Assembly: GCF_009914755.1 (NCBI RefSeq) | Contig: NC_060929.1 | DNA length: 64,000 nt | Source of the DNA: the human T2T-CHM13v2.0 reference genome, Homo sapiens | Strand: one strand, 5' to 3' | In this document: positions 15,060 to 30,344 of the stretch, piece by piece | How positions within the stretch are numbered: position 1 is the first letter of the stretch | Layout: each line of letters begins with the position of its first letter | Program-made: the position numbers and the translations under genes | The notes under the pieces: generated by a model | The model's input: only the letters and a program-made list of their open reading frames with translations | The model's database searches: none | What the model was told of the DNA's origin: nothing

Positions 15060-17140
15060 TTTCAACATCTGGTAAGATCTAATGTAAGGGTTTGCTTTCT
15101 GTGTCCTGTCTAAAAAACGACTACTCCCAAATCATGCAGACATTCTAGAATGGATTCTTCTAATAGCGTTATGGTTTCAGTTTTTATGTTTACATCTATA
15201 AGTTCATGTCTAACTAATTAGCTTTTGTATAATATGAAGTGAGAATTGAGGTTTATTTTCTTACAGATACAGTTGCTCTAGGACAATTGTTGAATAGACG
15301 TTTTTCTCCATTCTAATACTTTGGCATTTTTGTCAAAAAGTCAAATTACAGAGAGATTCTATTTTTGAATTTTCTCTTCTGTATCATTGATATATTTGTT
15401 AAAATTTATACCAGTGTATTAGTGCTTTCTCATATTGCTGTAAGGAACTACCTGAGACTGGGTAATTTATGAAGAAAACAGGCTTCATTGGCTTACAGTT
15501 CTGCAGGCTATACAGGAAGCATGATTAGGAGGCCTCAGGAAAGTTACAATCATGGTGAAAGGTGAAGGGGAAGCAAGTATGTCTTCATATGTCAGAACAG
15601 GAGAGAGAGTGAAGGGGGAAGTGTTACACACTTTCACCCAGATCTCATGAGAACTCTATCATGAGAAGAGCAAGGGGGAAGTCGGCCCCCATGATTCAAT
15701 CACCTCCCATCAGGCCCCTCCCCTGACACATGGGGATTACAGTTTGACATGAGATTTGGGTGGGGACACAGAGCCGAACCTCATAACCAGTATTACATAG
15801 TGTTGATTACTTAGCTGTTTAGGAAGTCCCAAAGTCTGACAGTGCAAATCTTTGTTTTTGTTTTTAAGATTACTTCAGATAGTCTAGGTATTTTGCATTT
15901 GCATGTAAACTTTCACATCTTCACAATATTGAGTTATCCAATCTATAAAAGTACTACATCTTTTAATTTAGATATTCTTTAGTGTGTCTCAGGAAGGTTT
16001 TGCTGCTTCCATTGCAAAGATCTTGCATGCTTTTTGTGAATTTTCTTCCTAATTTATTTATTGGTATTGTAAACTGCATATTTAAATTTTTATTTTCAAA
16101 CTGTTGCTACTTGTACATAAAAAATGCATTTGATCTTGTGTTTTAAACTTGTATCCTGAAATCTTCCTAAAAGCATGTGCTAGCTAATTCCCATAGTTAT
16201 TTCATATTAATAGATTCCCTAGGATTCGCTACATAAACAATGAAATCATAGACAAATAGAAACATTGTTACATCTTCCTTCCTAAACTGATGCCTTTTAT
16301 TTATTTATCTTGTTTTAATTCACTGGCTGTCATTTTTTTAAGTGATAAATCAAAATAATCAGGGTGGAAATTCTTACCTTGTTTCTGATCTTAAAGAGAA
16401 AACTGTATGACATTAACTGTAAGTACTCTTCTACATTTATGAGATACATACAACGATAAAATTTTTAAATGGCTTTTTGGTCATATTTCTTCTTAAATAC
16501 TTAAGAAAATTTACTAGTTAAATCAAATGGTCCTGTAATTTTCTTCATGTAATTTTTCTAGCTGTACCTTTTGAAAATTTTGTTTCTATAATATTTCTTG
16601 TCAAATTATTGGCATAAAATTTCATACTACCCTCCTTAGTATCTGAAGGATTTGGAATAAGAGCACCTTTTTCAGCCCTGATAATCATAATCCGTGTTCT
16701 ATCTTTTTCTCTATCATTTTGGAGGTTTATAAATGGTGTTATCTTTTTAAATAAACACATTTTGGCTTTCTTAATGTTTATAGTTTGTCTGTTTTATGTC
16801 TCATTGATTTCTACTTTTAGCTTTCTCCATACTGTACATTTATTTTGCTGTTCTCTTTCTAGCTTCTTAAGGTAGAGCCTCTGGTAATTTTTTCTAGACC
16901 TCTCATTTCTAATAAAAGCATTTAAAGGTATTTTTTCCCAGCACTATTTTAAGTAATTCTCCAACTTTTTGATATTCTATATTTCCATTATTATTCAATT
17001 AAAAATGTTGCTCAGGTCCCTTGAAAATTACTCTATAACTTTCATATTATTTAGAAATTGGTTTAGAAATTGATTTCTAAATATGTTTATTTTTTGTTTC
17101 TAATTTAGTTCTATTTTGAACTTAAGATATACTCTCTATG
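15060..17140 (-). mobile_element. Old L1M ORF2 fragments (antisense)
   Basis: T-rich strand. The minus ORF 16545-16760 is a decayed L1 ORF2 frame (FYANNL). Confidence 0.75.
15415..15785 (-). mobile_element. MSTA-like solo LTR
   Basis: TGTATTAGT...GAGATTTGGGTGGGGACACAGAGCCGAACC; TSD ACCAG at 15410 and 15786. Confidence 0.92.
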
Positions 17141-17144
17141 AATT

Positions 17145-19320
<2,176 letters not shown>

Positions 19321-19419
19321 CTATATATTCCCAATTAATTATTGATTAATTGATGAAGCAATTTAAGGAATGAATCTAAGTCTAATTCTACCCTGACACC
19401 ACCTTCATATATTCTATTT

Positions 19420-19520
19420 GTTATTCACTTGTTTGTTTATTCTGAAAGATTAATTAAACACTTACAGTGTCCCAGGTACTGTGCTAGAGTCTGGGGACAT
19501 AGTAATTTTAAAAGACTATT
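19420..19520 (-). mobile_element. L2 3'-end fragment
   Basis: AAACACTTACAGTGTCCCAGGTACTGTGCTAGAGTCTGGGGACATAG. Confidence 0.6.
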
Positions 19521-19903
19521 ATTTCTTCTTCTTATATGAGACTTGGAGTTACATGATTCCTTGGCCTTTGCATCTTCATGGTGACTGATGACTTCTTTTC
19601 CTCATAAGAATATGTCAGAATATGGATCTTACACAAAAGTCTCCAGTCTAAAAATGATTGCAATCTCCATGGAATAGGATCACAGAAAAATTAAAAATCC
19701 TCCCTATTCCTATCAACCAATCATTATGCCTTATCCTACAGAAAAGCATATGAGCAGTTTTGCAAAATGTTAATTTTTAAACTGTGTGGTTAAAGCACTA
19801 TGAGCTGAAATATTGGTAAAGCACCAATGTTTTGGAAAAATTGTAGGGTTTTTAAAAAATTGCTGCTCTCTTTCATACAATTTTTCTGTCCTATGTAATT
19901 ATC

Positions 19904-20216
19904 GTTTTTTGTTTGTTTGTTTGTTTTGTTTTTTTGGGACAGAGTTTCGCTCTTGTGGCCCAGGCTGGAGTGCAACGGCGCGATCTCGGCCCACCGCAAA
20001 CTCTGCCTCCTGGATTCAAGCTATTCTCCTGCCTCAGCCTCCTGAGTAGCTGGGATTACAGGCATGTGCCAGCAGCCCAGCTAATTTTGTATTTTTAGTA
20101 AAGTCGGTGTTTCTCCATGTTGGTCAGTCTGGTCTCGAACTCCTGACCTCAGGTGATCCGCCTGCCTCGGCCTCCCAAAGTGCTGGGATTACAGGTGCGA
20201 GCCACTGCGCCCGGCC
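19904..20216 (-). mobile_element. AluSp/Sq-like, full length
   Basis: GAGTTTCGCTCTTGT and CACCGCAA diagnostics; (TTTG)n tail; TSD GTAATTAT. Confidence 0.94.
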
Positions 20217-21461
20217 GTAATTATTGTGTTCTAAGAGTATTATACTACTAACACTGAAAGCAGACTTTATTTAAAAACTCTCCGTAATGAGGAATGCTGC
20301 CATATGATACATAGGCATATCATTGTCATTGAATCAGTAGGTTATACCCCAGGTCACAGTTCATTTTTGAAATATCATTTGATGGCATCATGATGTTCTT
20401 GTCATAATCCTTAAAACATCATACTGTCTAATTAAAGAAAAAATTAAAACTTTTTTTCAACTTTAAACAGCATCAGCGTTAACTGGGTGGTCCATAGACC
20501 AACTGCTTTTCTATGTAATTTGCTGATTTCTGTATTTGAAACCAATAAGGAAAAAAAATCAATATTAAGCACAATAACTCAATTTATTTCACTGAAAACA
20601 GGTCTTTGTTTCAAAGCTTCTCTTGCCTTATGATGTGGCACATGATATTACAACAATTCAAAATTGCCGTCAGAGACGCAAGAAAATCAGAGGTCATTGA
20701 TGAAAATGGCTTTAGAATTTTACATTATGAAAAACCTAAGACGATTTTTAAGAGTGTGCTTGTGTGTATATGTGTTATTTTAAAATATCCTCACTTGGAA
20801 TGTATGAACAATTAATGCTACAAGTAGTCAGTCCGTAGATTTATCATTGAAGCCTCTTCAATCTGAAGATGAGCAGCCATGCAGCATGCCTGGATAATGG
20901 GAATCTGTAATGAAAATTTCTGACTGTTATCATTGTTCTCTAAATTTCCATTTGGTGACAACCTTTGTGAGATAATTACACATCATCAAAGTTCTAATGA
21001 ACTACCAGACAGTTAATGCCTGGACACGAGGCAAAGCTGCTAAGAAACGTGTCACAGGCAGTTTCGCAGCAACTAACATACAAAAATGTAGGCTTCATTA
21101 ACAGTGTTCAGAAAGACAGATGAGTCTCCATCCTGCCTAACCCAGTGGTTAATTTATTGACTGACTTTAACAGTGACGTCCCTTTGGAGGGATTTTAATA
21201 GTTTCGAAGTTGCTTGCTGAGGTTTTAATAGACATTTGCCTCACTGAGCTCAATAAATATGGAGTGCAGTTTGAAATCTTGCAACCTAAAATGTAAGCAA
21301 CTGACTGAATGAGGTTAGAAAGGATTTATATTTCTTCTAAATATACTTCTGAGCTGAAGTCCAAGTGAAAAAGAGTTCCAAAATATCCACCTACTCTTGG
21401 AAAACTTTCTCTTATTTTATGTTTAGACCTTTGATGCTATAAAATAGAAAACTGTGTCAGG

Positions 21462-21507
21462 GAAAAAAGAAAAGAAAAGGAAAAAAAAAAGAAAAAGAAA
21501 AAGAAAG
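21462..21507 (+). repeat. A-rich polypurine tract, (AAAAG)n-like
   Basis: Seen directly. Confidence 0.8.
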
Positions 21508-21779
21508 CTAAGAAATTCCTTTCAGTTTGCTCCAGAGTAGATTTTAGAAAGCTGCGTTGGAATTGGTTGTAACTATTCAGGTTAAGGCAAAGTAAGTGCC
21601 AAATGTTTCATTTCTCACACTCCAATTACTGTGTTTGGAACCAAATGCATCGTGGCTTATAAGGACACCCAATCGTTTGTGTACTGCTGCAGCTTACTTA
21701 TTTGGTCATGTATAGAGTGTTTTTGTTGTTGTTTTGGTTTTGGTTTCTTGCTACAAAGTTAAAACACATAAAAAATAAA

Positions 21780-21980
21780 GTGTACGAAGTGCTTGCTCTG
21801 CTAGGCACCGTGCAGTATTTTCATGAATTTAAGCTCACTGATTCCTCAGAAAAATCATAGGAGGCAGGAACAGTTATTGCCCTTATTTCTATGAAAACTA
21901 GTTTAAGGACATTTTCCAAAATCATATAGCTAATATATTTCAAAATTTGGAATTGATCCTATATTATTTACTTCTAGGTC
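21780..21980 (-). mobile_element. MIR fragment
   Basis: GCTAGGCACCGTGC...ATTCCTCAGAAAAATCATAGGAGGCAGG...TATTGCCCTTATTT. Confidence 0.55.
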
Positions 21981-22420
21981 CATTACTCTAAAACATCAAA
22001 TTATTATGTGGATTCACCTTCTTTTCAGAATAATAGGTGAATTTTTTTTTACCTGTTTCACTGAATGAAGTCACTATGGCTTAAAGTTATCAGGCAACTG
22101 TTTGATAATAAACTCAATTTGCCCATATAAATGCACATGAAGAACTGTGAGCCAAATATCAAAATTAATTTTCATTGACTTATGATTTTAATATTGTCAT
22201 CTTAAAAATATACATTTCTGATAATGTTTTTTATTGTTGATGAAAAATAATAAAATAAAATCAAGCCCTTGGGAAATTAAAATCAAATAAATAAATTTTA
22301 AATAAAAGGTATTTCTAACATTTTATAGTCTCATATTTATTATTTATTTCCTGAAATGTAATTGAAATAGTCATTTAGATATTATTTCAACTAAGTATTT
22401 CAGTATTTCATGATAAAAAT

Positions 22421-22710
22421 CTTTTTATTTTTTATTTTTTTGACAGAGTCTCGCTCTGTTGCCCAGGCTGGAGTGCAATGGTGTGATCATAGCTCATTGC
22501 AGCCTCAAACTCCTGCGCTCTAGTGTTCCTCCCACCACCTGGACCTTCCCAGTAATTGGGAGTACAGGTGTGAGCCACCAGGCCCACTTTTTTTTGTAGA
22601 TATGGGGTCTCACCATATTGCCCTGGCTGGTCCTAAACTGGCTCAAGCAAGCCTTCTGCCTCAGTCTCCCAAAGTGCTAAGATTACAGGTGCAAGCTATG
22701 GCACCAAGTC
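22421..22710 (-). mobile_element. AluJ
   Basis: GATCATAGCTCATTGCAGCCTCAAACTCC (J-type); TSD TGATAAAAATCTT. Confidence 0.92.
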
Positions 22711-23199
22711 TGATAAAAATCTTAGAAACAGTATTATGAAGTTTTACTTTTCTATTATGAGAAAAAGAAGACTCAGTATAATGTTTAAATAACTAAAATT
22801 AATGTACATGAATGAAAGGATTAATCTTTCATGATTGGACTACTATTTTCAGAAAATAGAAAAATGTGATTATTCAAAAACTTATATTGTAATTAATATT
22901 CTCTAGACTGGTAATTATAAATCAGGACTGTATTTAGGTAGCACCATCTATTTAATATGAGAATCAGATCATAAAAATTGTAACGTTGATATGCATGATA
23001 ATAACTGCCCTTTGAGTTTTGGCTTCAGAAGAAAGTCTGTGGTTTGGTGTATACCCTGGAACTTCAGGTCATTTAACAAGCTGACAATATGAAGAATTAC
23101 TTTGTAGAAAAATACTTGGGATGTCTTTTTGGTGCTAATTGTCCTCAGTTTCATTTCCCTTGAATGTTTTCTGGGGGATTTTTCCATAATATAACGTAG

Positions 23200-23578
<379 letters not shown>

Positions 23579-26015
23579 GAGGTTTTACTAAAGTGCTGTT
23601 TATATGGCTATTGGGCAAGTCACTTAACTTAATGGAACTATTATGAAGTCAATGAGTTAATCTTTGTAAGTCTGTTGGCCCAGTTCCTGGCACATCCTGA
23701 ATATTCAGGAATTGTTAGGTATTATGATTAGCAATAGTGTTTAAGCATTCCTTAAACTCTGAAAGGTTAAGAAAATCTGTCTCTACCTCAAATCTATTTA
23801 AGTAATATTTTTGTAACAGATATTGTTAAACATTTATGATGTAAATGGTTGAAAGGTATAGATTATCCTCCCCTCTCAAGCATAAAGAGAAAAACACAGT
23901 GCCAGTATTCTGAGTGTATTCTGATAATATGTCTAAAAAGTTATCAATTGATGGTCATGTTCTAATTTTCGGGTCCTTGAACCACAGTATTGTTTCTCTC
24001 TATTTCGCTAGAGCACATGGAAAATTAGGATGTGGGCAGAACACAAACAAGTATTTAATGGTCCTTCTCATTTTTTTTGTCAAATATATTTATGTATTTT
24101 ACTTCTTAAATTCTTCATAGCAACCGAGTGCTAGGTACTTTCACTCCAGTTCGTGTGGATGGTAGAACACAGTAGAAAGGGAGGCTGAAAGGGATAAGCT
24201 GCATATCCAGTCCACAGCTGACAACAGGACCAGCGAATTAGCTCTACTGCAACATTTAAAGCAATGTTTGGAACATAGAAATTACTCATTAAATGGTTAC
24301 TAAGCTAAACTAAACTTCTAATGAAGGGGAATAATGATTAGATCATGATATACCTAGACAAATACTTATCTAGGTTTACAAAAATTTTGGAAATGTAAAA
24401 AAAAATAGTAATAATAATTGGAAAATACCTTTTCACGTGCTCCTACAAAGATCAAAAAGGAGTAAAATTAACCTTTCAGCCTAAATTGCTACAGTGCCTA
24501 AGTTTTTGGAGTAACATTTCATAGCAACATTAACAAAACCATCTCTGGTAAGCACTTGCATGGTGCTTGAGGCTTGCTATGTGATGAAACTATACATTCC
24601 TGAGTTCTTATCGTCAGATTCTTTCCTTCTGTGGCATGTGGTGATGATATCACTGGGCGTGCTCTCCATGCTATGCAATTCTTGCATAATTTGTCACTTC
24701 TTCTCCTTCTAAATGCTAATATGCATACACCCACTGCTGACACAAATCCTCTATATATCTCTCTCATTATATATCTCACATTGTCTACTTGCCCACCCGT
24801 GCTTAATGCCCACGCCATGGCTTATGATATGCTGCATAATTTTAGCAAAGAATATGGATTGGACAAAGCCTCTTGCTCTCTAATATAGAATTTTCTTTGT
24901 TCTCTCTAATACTTAGCTTATCCCTATAGATTGTAAAGTGTCTTGAGCAGTAATAAGAATCATTACAAACATACAGGGTTGCAAATTGTATGCATTTGTT
25001 TTTCTCTAACAAAAGAGGGGTGTTTAATTTCACACAACCTTGGCCTCCAAGGATAAGTTTCTTGAAAGTTATAACTTCAGTAGCATAAACTAGTGATCGT
25101 ATTCACCAGTAACATGAAAACACTCGTTCTTCCTTCCCAAATGGTACACATAATCAGGTTGTCAAAGAAGAACAATTATCTTCCATACTAATTGGCAACT
25201 TGTGTTTAACCTTTAATTAGCTGGGAATTTATAATAGCTCTAACTGGTCTTTTTCTTTTCTTATAGAAGGTCACAGTAACATTCTCTGTTACCTTTCTCT
25301 ACTCCCACACTCCAGCTTCCAAGGTATTACGATAACAGTTTAAATGGAAAAATAGAGGCTCTGCAACCTTAGGTTGCTGTCCTTAGGTGTGTGCTGAGCT
25401 GGCACATTCATGAAAAACTGAAATTGTTGAAAGACAGGAATCCCTTGTTACTTCTACTTCAAAAGGAAATTCAAATAGATTTTTTTCTTTTTTTTTTTCT
25501 TTTGTCTGTCTTGGTACAACTTGATGCAATCAGTTTTTACCTTCTGCTTTTTCCACTTGAAAGGCATAGGACTTATTAGCAGAGATGACGTTTTCTTACA
25601 TGGTCATCCCATTCTTGGTTTGGCAGATTACTGTGCTGGAAAGACACAGGAAAACATTTTCTCCTTTGGTGATGAACACCTTTGATGTCCTGGGTCTTAT
25701 AAAAAAGAAACTTTGTGATGACGAGTGCATTATTTTTTCCTGGTGAAAATGTTTATGTGTTGGAAAACACTTTGACTGTCACAGAAAAGTGTCACCAAAA
25801 ATTATCAAAAACGGGAGATACTCTGGAATCTGCTTGTAATAATTACCCTACCAGAAATTACTTGCCACTGTATGATTGAAGACTAATTGTTTTTGGCTTG
25901 ACTTTTAATGCTGGTTAAACCACTGTGTGATTGAATAATCAAATGGAAATAATGGAGGGAATTAGAAAATACAAAATGGAAGGAATTAGAAACCGGGTAC
26001 TTTAAGAAACTCATA

Positions 26016-26403
<388 letters not shown>

Positions 26404-26451
26404 TCATAGAATATAATGAAAGCATTGTTATTTACAAAGACAAATAAGACA

Positions 26452-28833
26452 TAATATGGTTTGGCTTTGTCCCCATCCAAATCTCATCTTGAATTGTAGT
26501 CTTCATAGTCCTCACGTGTTGTTGGAGGGACCCAGTGGAAGGTAATTTAATCAAGGAATCGGTTACCCTCATGCTGTTCTTGTGATAGTGTGTGAGTTCT
26601 CATGAGATCTGATGGTCTTATAAGAGGCTTTTCCCGCTTTTGCTCGGCACTTCTCCTGGCTGCTGTCATGTGAAGAAGGACGTGATTTCTACTTCTTCTA
26701 CCATGATTGTAATTCAAATAGATTTTTTTCTTTATTTTTTCTTTTGTCTGTTTTGGCACAGTTTGATGCAATCAGTTTTTTGCTTCTGTTTTTTCCACTT
26801 GAAAGGCGTAGAACTTTGAGTCAATTAAACCTCTTTCCTTTATAAATTACCCAGTTACAGGTATGTCTTTTTCAGCAGCATGAAAACAGACTAATACAGT
26901 AAATTGGTTCCAGGAGTGGGGTGCTGCTGTAAAGATACCTGAAAATGTGGAGGCAACTTTGGACCTGGGTAATAGGCAGAGTTTGGAACAGTTTGGAGGG
27001 GTCCGAGGAATACAGGAAAATGTGGGAAAGTTTGGAACTTCCTAGACACTTGGAGGGCTCCGAAGACAGGAAGATGTGGGAACGTTTGGAACTTCCTAGA
27101 GACTTGTTGAAATGCTTTAACCAAAATGCCAATAGTGATGTAGACAGTAAAGTCCAGGTTGAGGTGGTCTTAGATAGAGACGAGGAACTTGTTAGGAACT
27201 AGAGTAAAGGTCACTTTTGCTATGCAAAGAAACTGATGGCATTTTGCCCTTGCCCTAGAGATCTGTGGAACTTTGAACTTTACAGAGATAATTTAGCATA
27301 TCTGGCAGAAGAAATTTCTAAGCAGGAAATCATTCAAGAAGAAGCAGAGCATAAAAGTTTGGAAAATTGACAGCCTGACAATGTGATAGAAAACAAAATC
27401 TCATTTTCTGGGGAGAAATTCAAGCTAGCTGCAGAAATTTGTCTAAGAAACAAGGAGCCAAATGTTAATCACTAAGGCAATGGGGAAAATGTCTCTAGGT
27501 ATGTCAGAGAACTTCACAGCATACCCTCCCATCACAGGCCTAGGAGGGAAAAATAGTTTCCTGGAATGGGTCCAGGGCTCACTGCTCTATGCAGCCTGAG
27601 GACATGGTGCCTTGCCTCCCAGCTGCTTCAGCTCCAGCCGTGGCTAAAAGAGGCCAATATACAGCTCAAGCTGTTGCTTCGGAGGGTGCAAGCTCCAAGC
27701 CTTGGCAGCTTACATGTGGTATTGGGCCTGTGGGTGCACAGAAGTCAAGAATTTCAGTTTGGGAACCTCTGCATAGATTTCAGAGGATGTATAGAAATGC
27801 CTGGATGTCCAGGCAAAGGTTTGCTGCAGGAGTGGAGCCTTCATGGAGAACCTCTGCTAGGGCAGTGGAGAAGGGAAATGGGGGTTGGAGGCCCCACAAA
27901 GAGTCCTCACTGGGGCACTGCCTAGTGGATCAGTGAGAAGAAGGCCATGGTCTTCCAGACACCAGAATGGTAGATCCACTAAGAGCTTGTACTGTGCACC
28001 TAGAAAAGCCACAGACACTCAACGCCAGCCATGAAAGCAGCCAGGAGGGGATTGTACCCTGCAAAGCCACAGAAGCAAAAATTCCCAAGGTTCTGGGAGC
28101 GCACCTCTCGTATCAACATGACCCGGATGTGAGATACGGAGTCAAAGGAAGCTTTAACTACATCACTGAATTTCAGACTTCCATGGGGCCTGTAGCCTCT
28201 TCATTATGGCCAATTTCTTCCATTTCCAACAGGTGTATTTACCCAATGCCTGTATCCCCGTTGTATCTAGGAAGTAACTAACTTGCTTTTGATATCACAG
28301 GCTCATAGGTGGAAGGGACTTGCCTTGTCTCAGATGAGACTTTGGACTTGGACTTTGAGTTAATGTTGGAATGAGTTAAGACTTTGGGGGACTGTTGGAA
28401 GAGCATGAGTCTGTTTTAAAGTGTGAGGACATGAGATTTGGGAGGGGACAAGGGCAGAATAAGATTTGGCTGTGTCCCCACCCAAATCTCATCTTGAATT
28501 GTAGTTCCCATAGTCCCTATGTGTTGTTGGAGGGATCCGGTGGCAGGTAATTTACTCAAAGGGGTGGTTGCCCTCATGCTGTTCTCATGATACTGCATGA
28601 GTTCTCATGGGATCCAATGGTCTTATTAGGGGCGTTTCCCTCTTTTGCTCGAGACTTCTCCTTGCTGCTGCCGTATGAAGAAGGACGTGTTTTCTACTTC
28701 TTCCGCCATGATTGTTAAGTTTTCTAAGGCCTCCCCAGCCCTGCAGAACTGTGAGTCAATTAAACCTCTTTCCTTTATAAATTACCCAGTCTTGGGTATG
28801 TCTTTATTAAGAGCATGAGAACAAACTAATACA
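26452..28833 (+). mobile_element. Full-length THE1C (ERVL-MaLR): 5' LTR 26452-26898, internal 26899-28459, 3' LTR ~28460-28833
   Basis: Two direct LTRs (TTTGGC..TGTCCCCA.CCAAATCTCATCTTGAATTGTAG...CTAATACA) with GAAGAAGGACGTG, which is THE1C-like. MaLR internal sequence; TSD AGACA/AGCCA. Confidence 0.94.
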
Positions 28834-28942
28834 AGCCATATTTCTAATGGAATTATAAATAGTCCTAAGATAGTACTACGATTTCAGGCTTCCTTTATTT
28901 CCCTTCCTGGTCTCCCTATTCAGTTCCATGCTACTCCTGCTA

Positions 28943-28970
28943 TTAGGTTTGTGCAAAAATAATTGTGGTT
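28943..28970 (+). mobile_element. Solo Hsmar1/MADE1 terminal inverted repeat
   Basis: TA followed by TTAGGTTTGTGCAAAAATAATTGTGGTT, 25/28 to the Hsmar1 TIR TTAGGTTGGTGCAAAAGTAATTGCGGTT. Confidence 0.8.
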
Positions 28971-29079
28971 ACCTCCGTCCTTTTAAAGTCATCAGCACTG
29001 AGTTGCAATGGTGAGCAAAAATATCTGTAGCTGGCATTGGTGGTGCCCCTCCATATCACCAACTCATAGCATTTAAGAG

Positions 29080-29490
29080 CAAACTGGCCAGCCTGCTTAC
29101 AGTCAGCATCCGAATGTCTTTGATAAACGATTTTCTCTGGGTGCTTCACAGCTTGTGTAGCAAGCCAAAAATGACTGAGAATTATCACCATTCCAGGAGT
29201 AGCCCTCAACCAATAATGTGGGGAATTGAGGTTAGTGACCCCAGATCCTCACCTCTTTGATAGGAGAAGGCTGATATATGGGTGTTACGTGGGCTCCCAG
29301 ATTCTCCGCAGCAGAACAGAGCCTTCTTCACTCTCAGTGATAGCTGACTTGATAACACATTTATCCTTGACTTCCGATCCTTATTTTACTTTCCAATTCA
29401 ACTAACTGTGGCTTCTTCACCTTCTATGTAAACCACTTGAATTAGAATCCTTTCTCAGGGTTTGATGCTGTGGGGATTCAAACTAAGTTG
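29080..29490 (+). mobile_element. LTR16-family (ERVL) LTR, degraded
   Basis: GAGTAGCCCTCAACCAAT and the terminal AATCCTTTCTCAGGGTTTGATGCTGTGGGGATTCAAACTAAG. Confidence 0.7.
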
Positions 29491-29529
29491 TTCAACTCAT
29501 TTTTATAATAATTTCCCCACTAAAATTGA

Positions 29530-29740
29530 GAGATAGTATTGTGGACTATTGATATAATACTCGAAAGTGTGGGACAGAATTAATTTGAATACGAACTTAG
29601 AGGTATGCAACCTTGGGCAAGTTACTTATCTTTCCCGAACTTCAGTTAATCTTCTGTAAAATGCTGATAACCTTTTAACGAAGTTTTTGCGAGAATTAAA
29701 TGAGATAATGTATAAGTGCCTAAAACATTTATCAGCTGAT
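29530..29740 (+). mobile_element. MIR
   Basis: ACCTTGGGCAAGTTACTTATC...CTGTAAAATG...GAGAATTAAATGAGATAATGT core. Confidence 0.75.
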
Positions 29741-30344
29741 AAAGTTTCTAACCAGGTGACCCAAGAAGTATGACAGCAGACTATGTGCTGGTTGCCCCAT
29801 CACCCAGGTACTTACTGGTCTCCTCAAAGAGGTAGGACATCTGCTCACTATTTCTCTGTGCTCTTTTCAGAAGTTTACAAAATGCATTTGTGGAGGGAAA
29901 GTTCTAATGTTTTAAGCCATCAGCTATGGCAGCTTTTAAGAGCTTTTAAGGGGACCCTGTTTCGTGCTCCTTTCCTACACAAATGAATACATTGTTAGCA
30001 AACGCAGAGACTAAAATTTATACCTATTTTTAAAAGTGTATTATGTCCTTCCAGGATGCTTTCAAATGTTTTAAAAAGAAGTTCTTGGTTAAAAGGTTAA
30101 TACCATTTTGAGAACTCCAAACTGATTAAGAGACAGAGTTTCCTATGAAAGTTTTTTTTTTCTCCTGTTTTTTTGGGGAAAAATGTAAAATTGTTTGATT
30201 ATAGCTGCAAAGACTCTGTTTCCACAGATTACATTTACATGTTACTGGAAGACATGAATTTGGGAGGCGGGGAATGCTATTCAGTCTAGTACAATCTTTT
30301 GTCATTTTTGTGGTGATTTTTGTTTAGTTTTAGACAAAGAATAG

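Noticed and set aside
26990-27105. ~55-bp tandem duplication in THE1C-int
   Set aside because: I recall this duplication as common among THE1C internal sequences, so it is probably inherited rather than locus-specific.
26872-28281. Overlapping ORFs in the THE1C internal region
   Set aside because: Decayed MaLR internal sequence with no intact retroviral domain.
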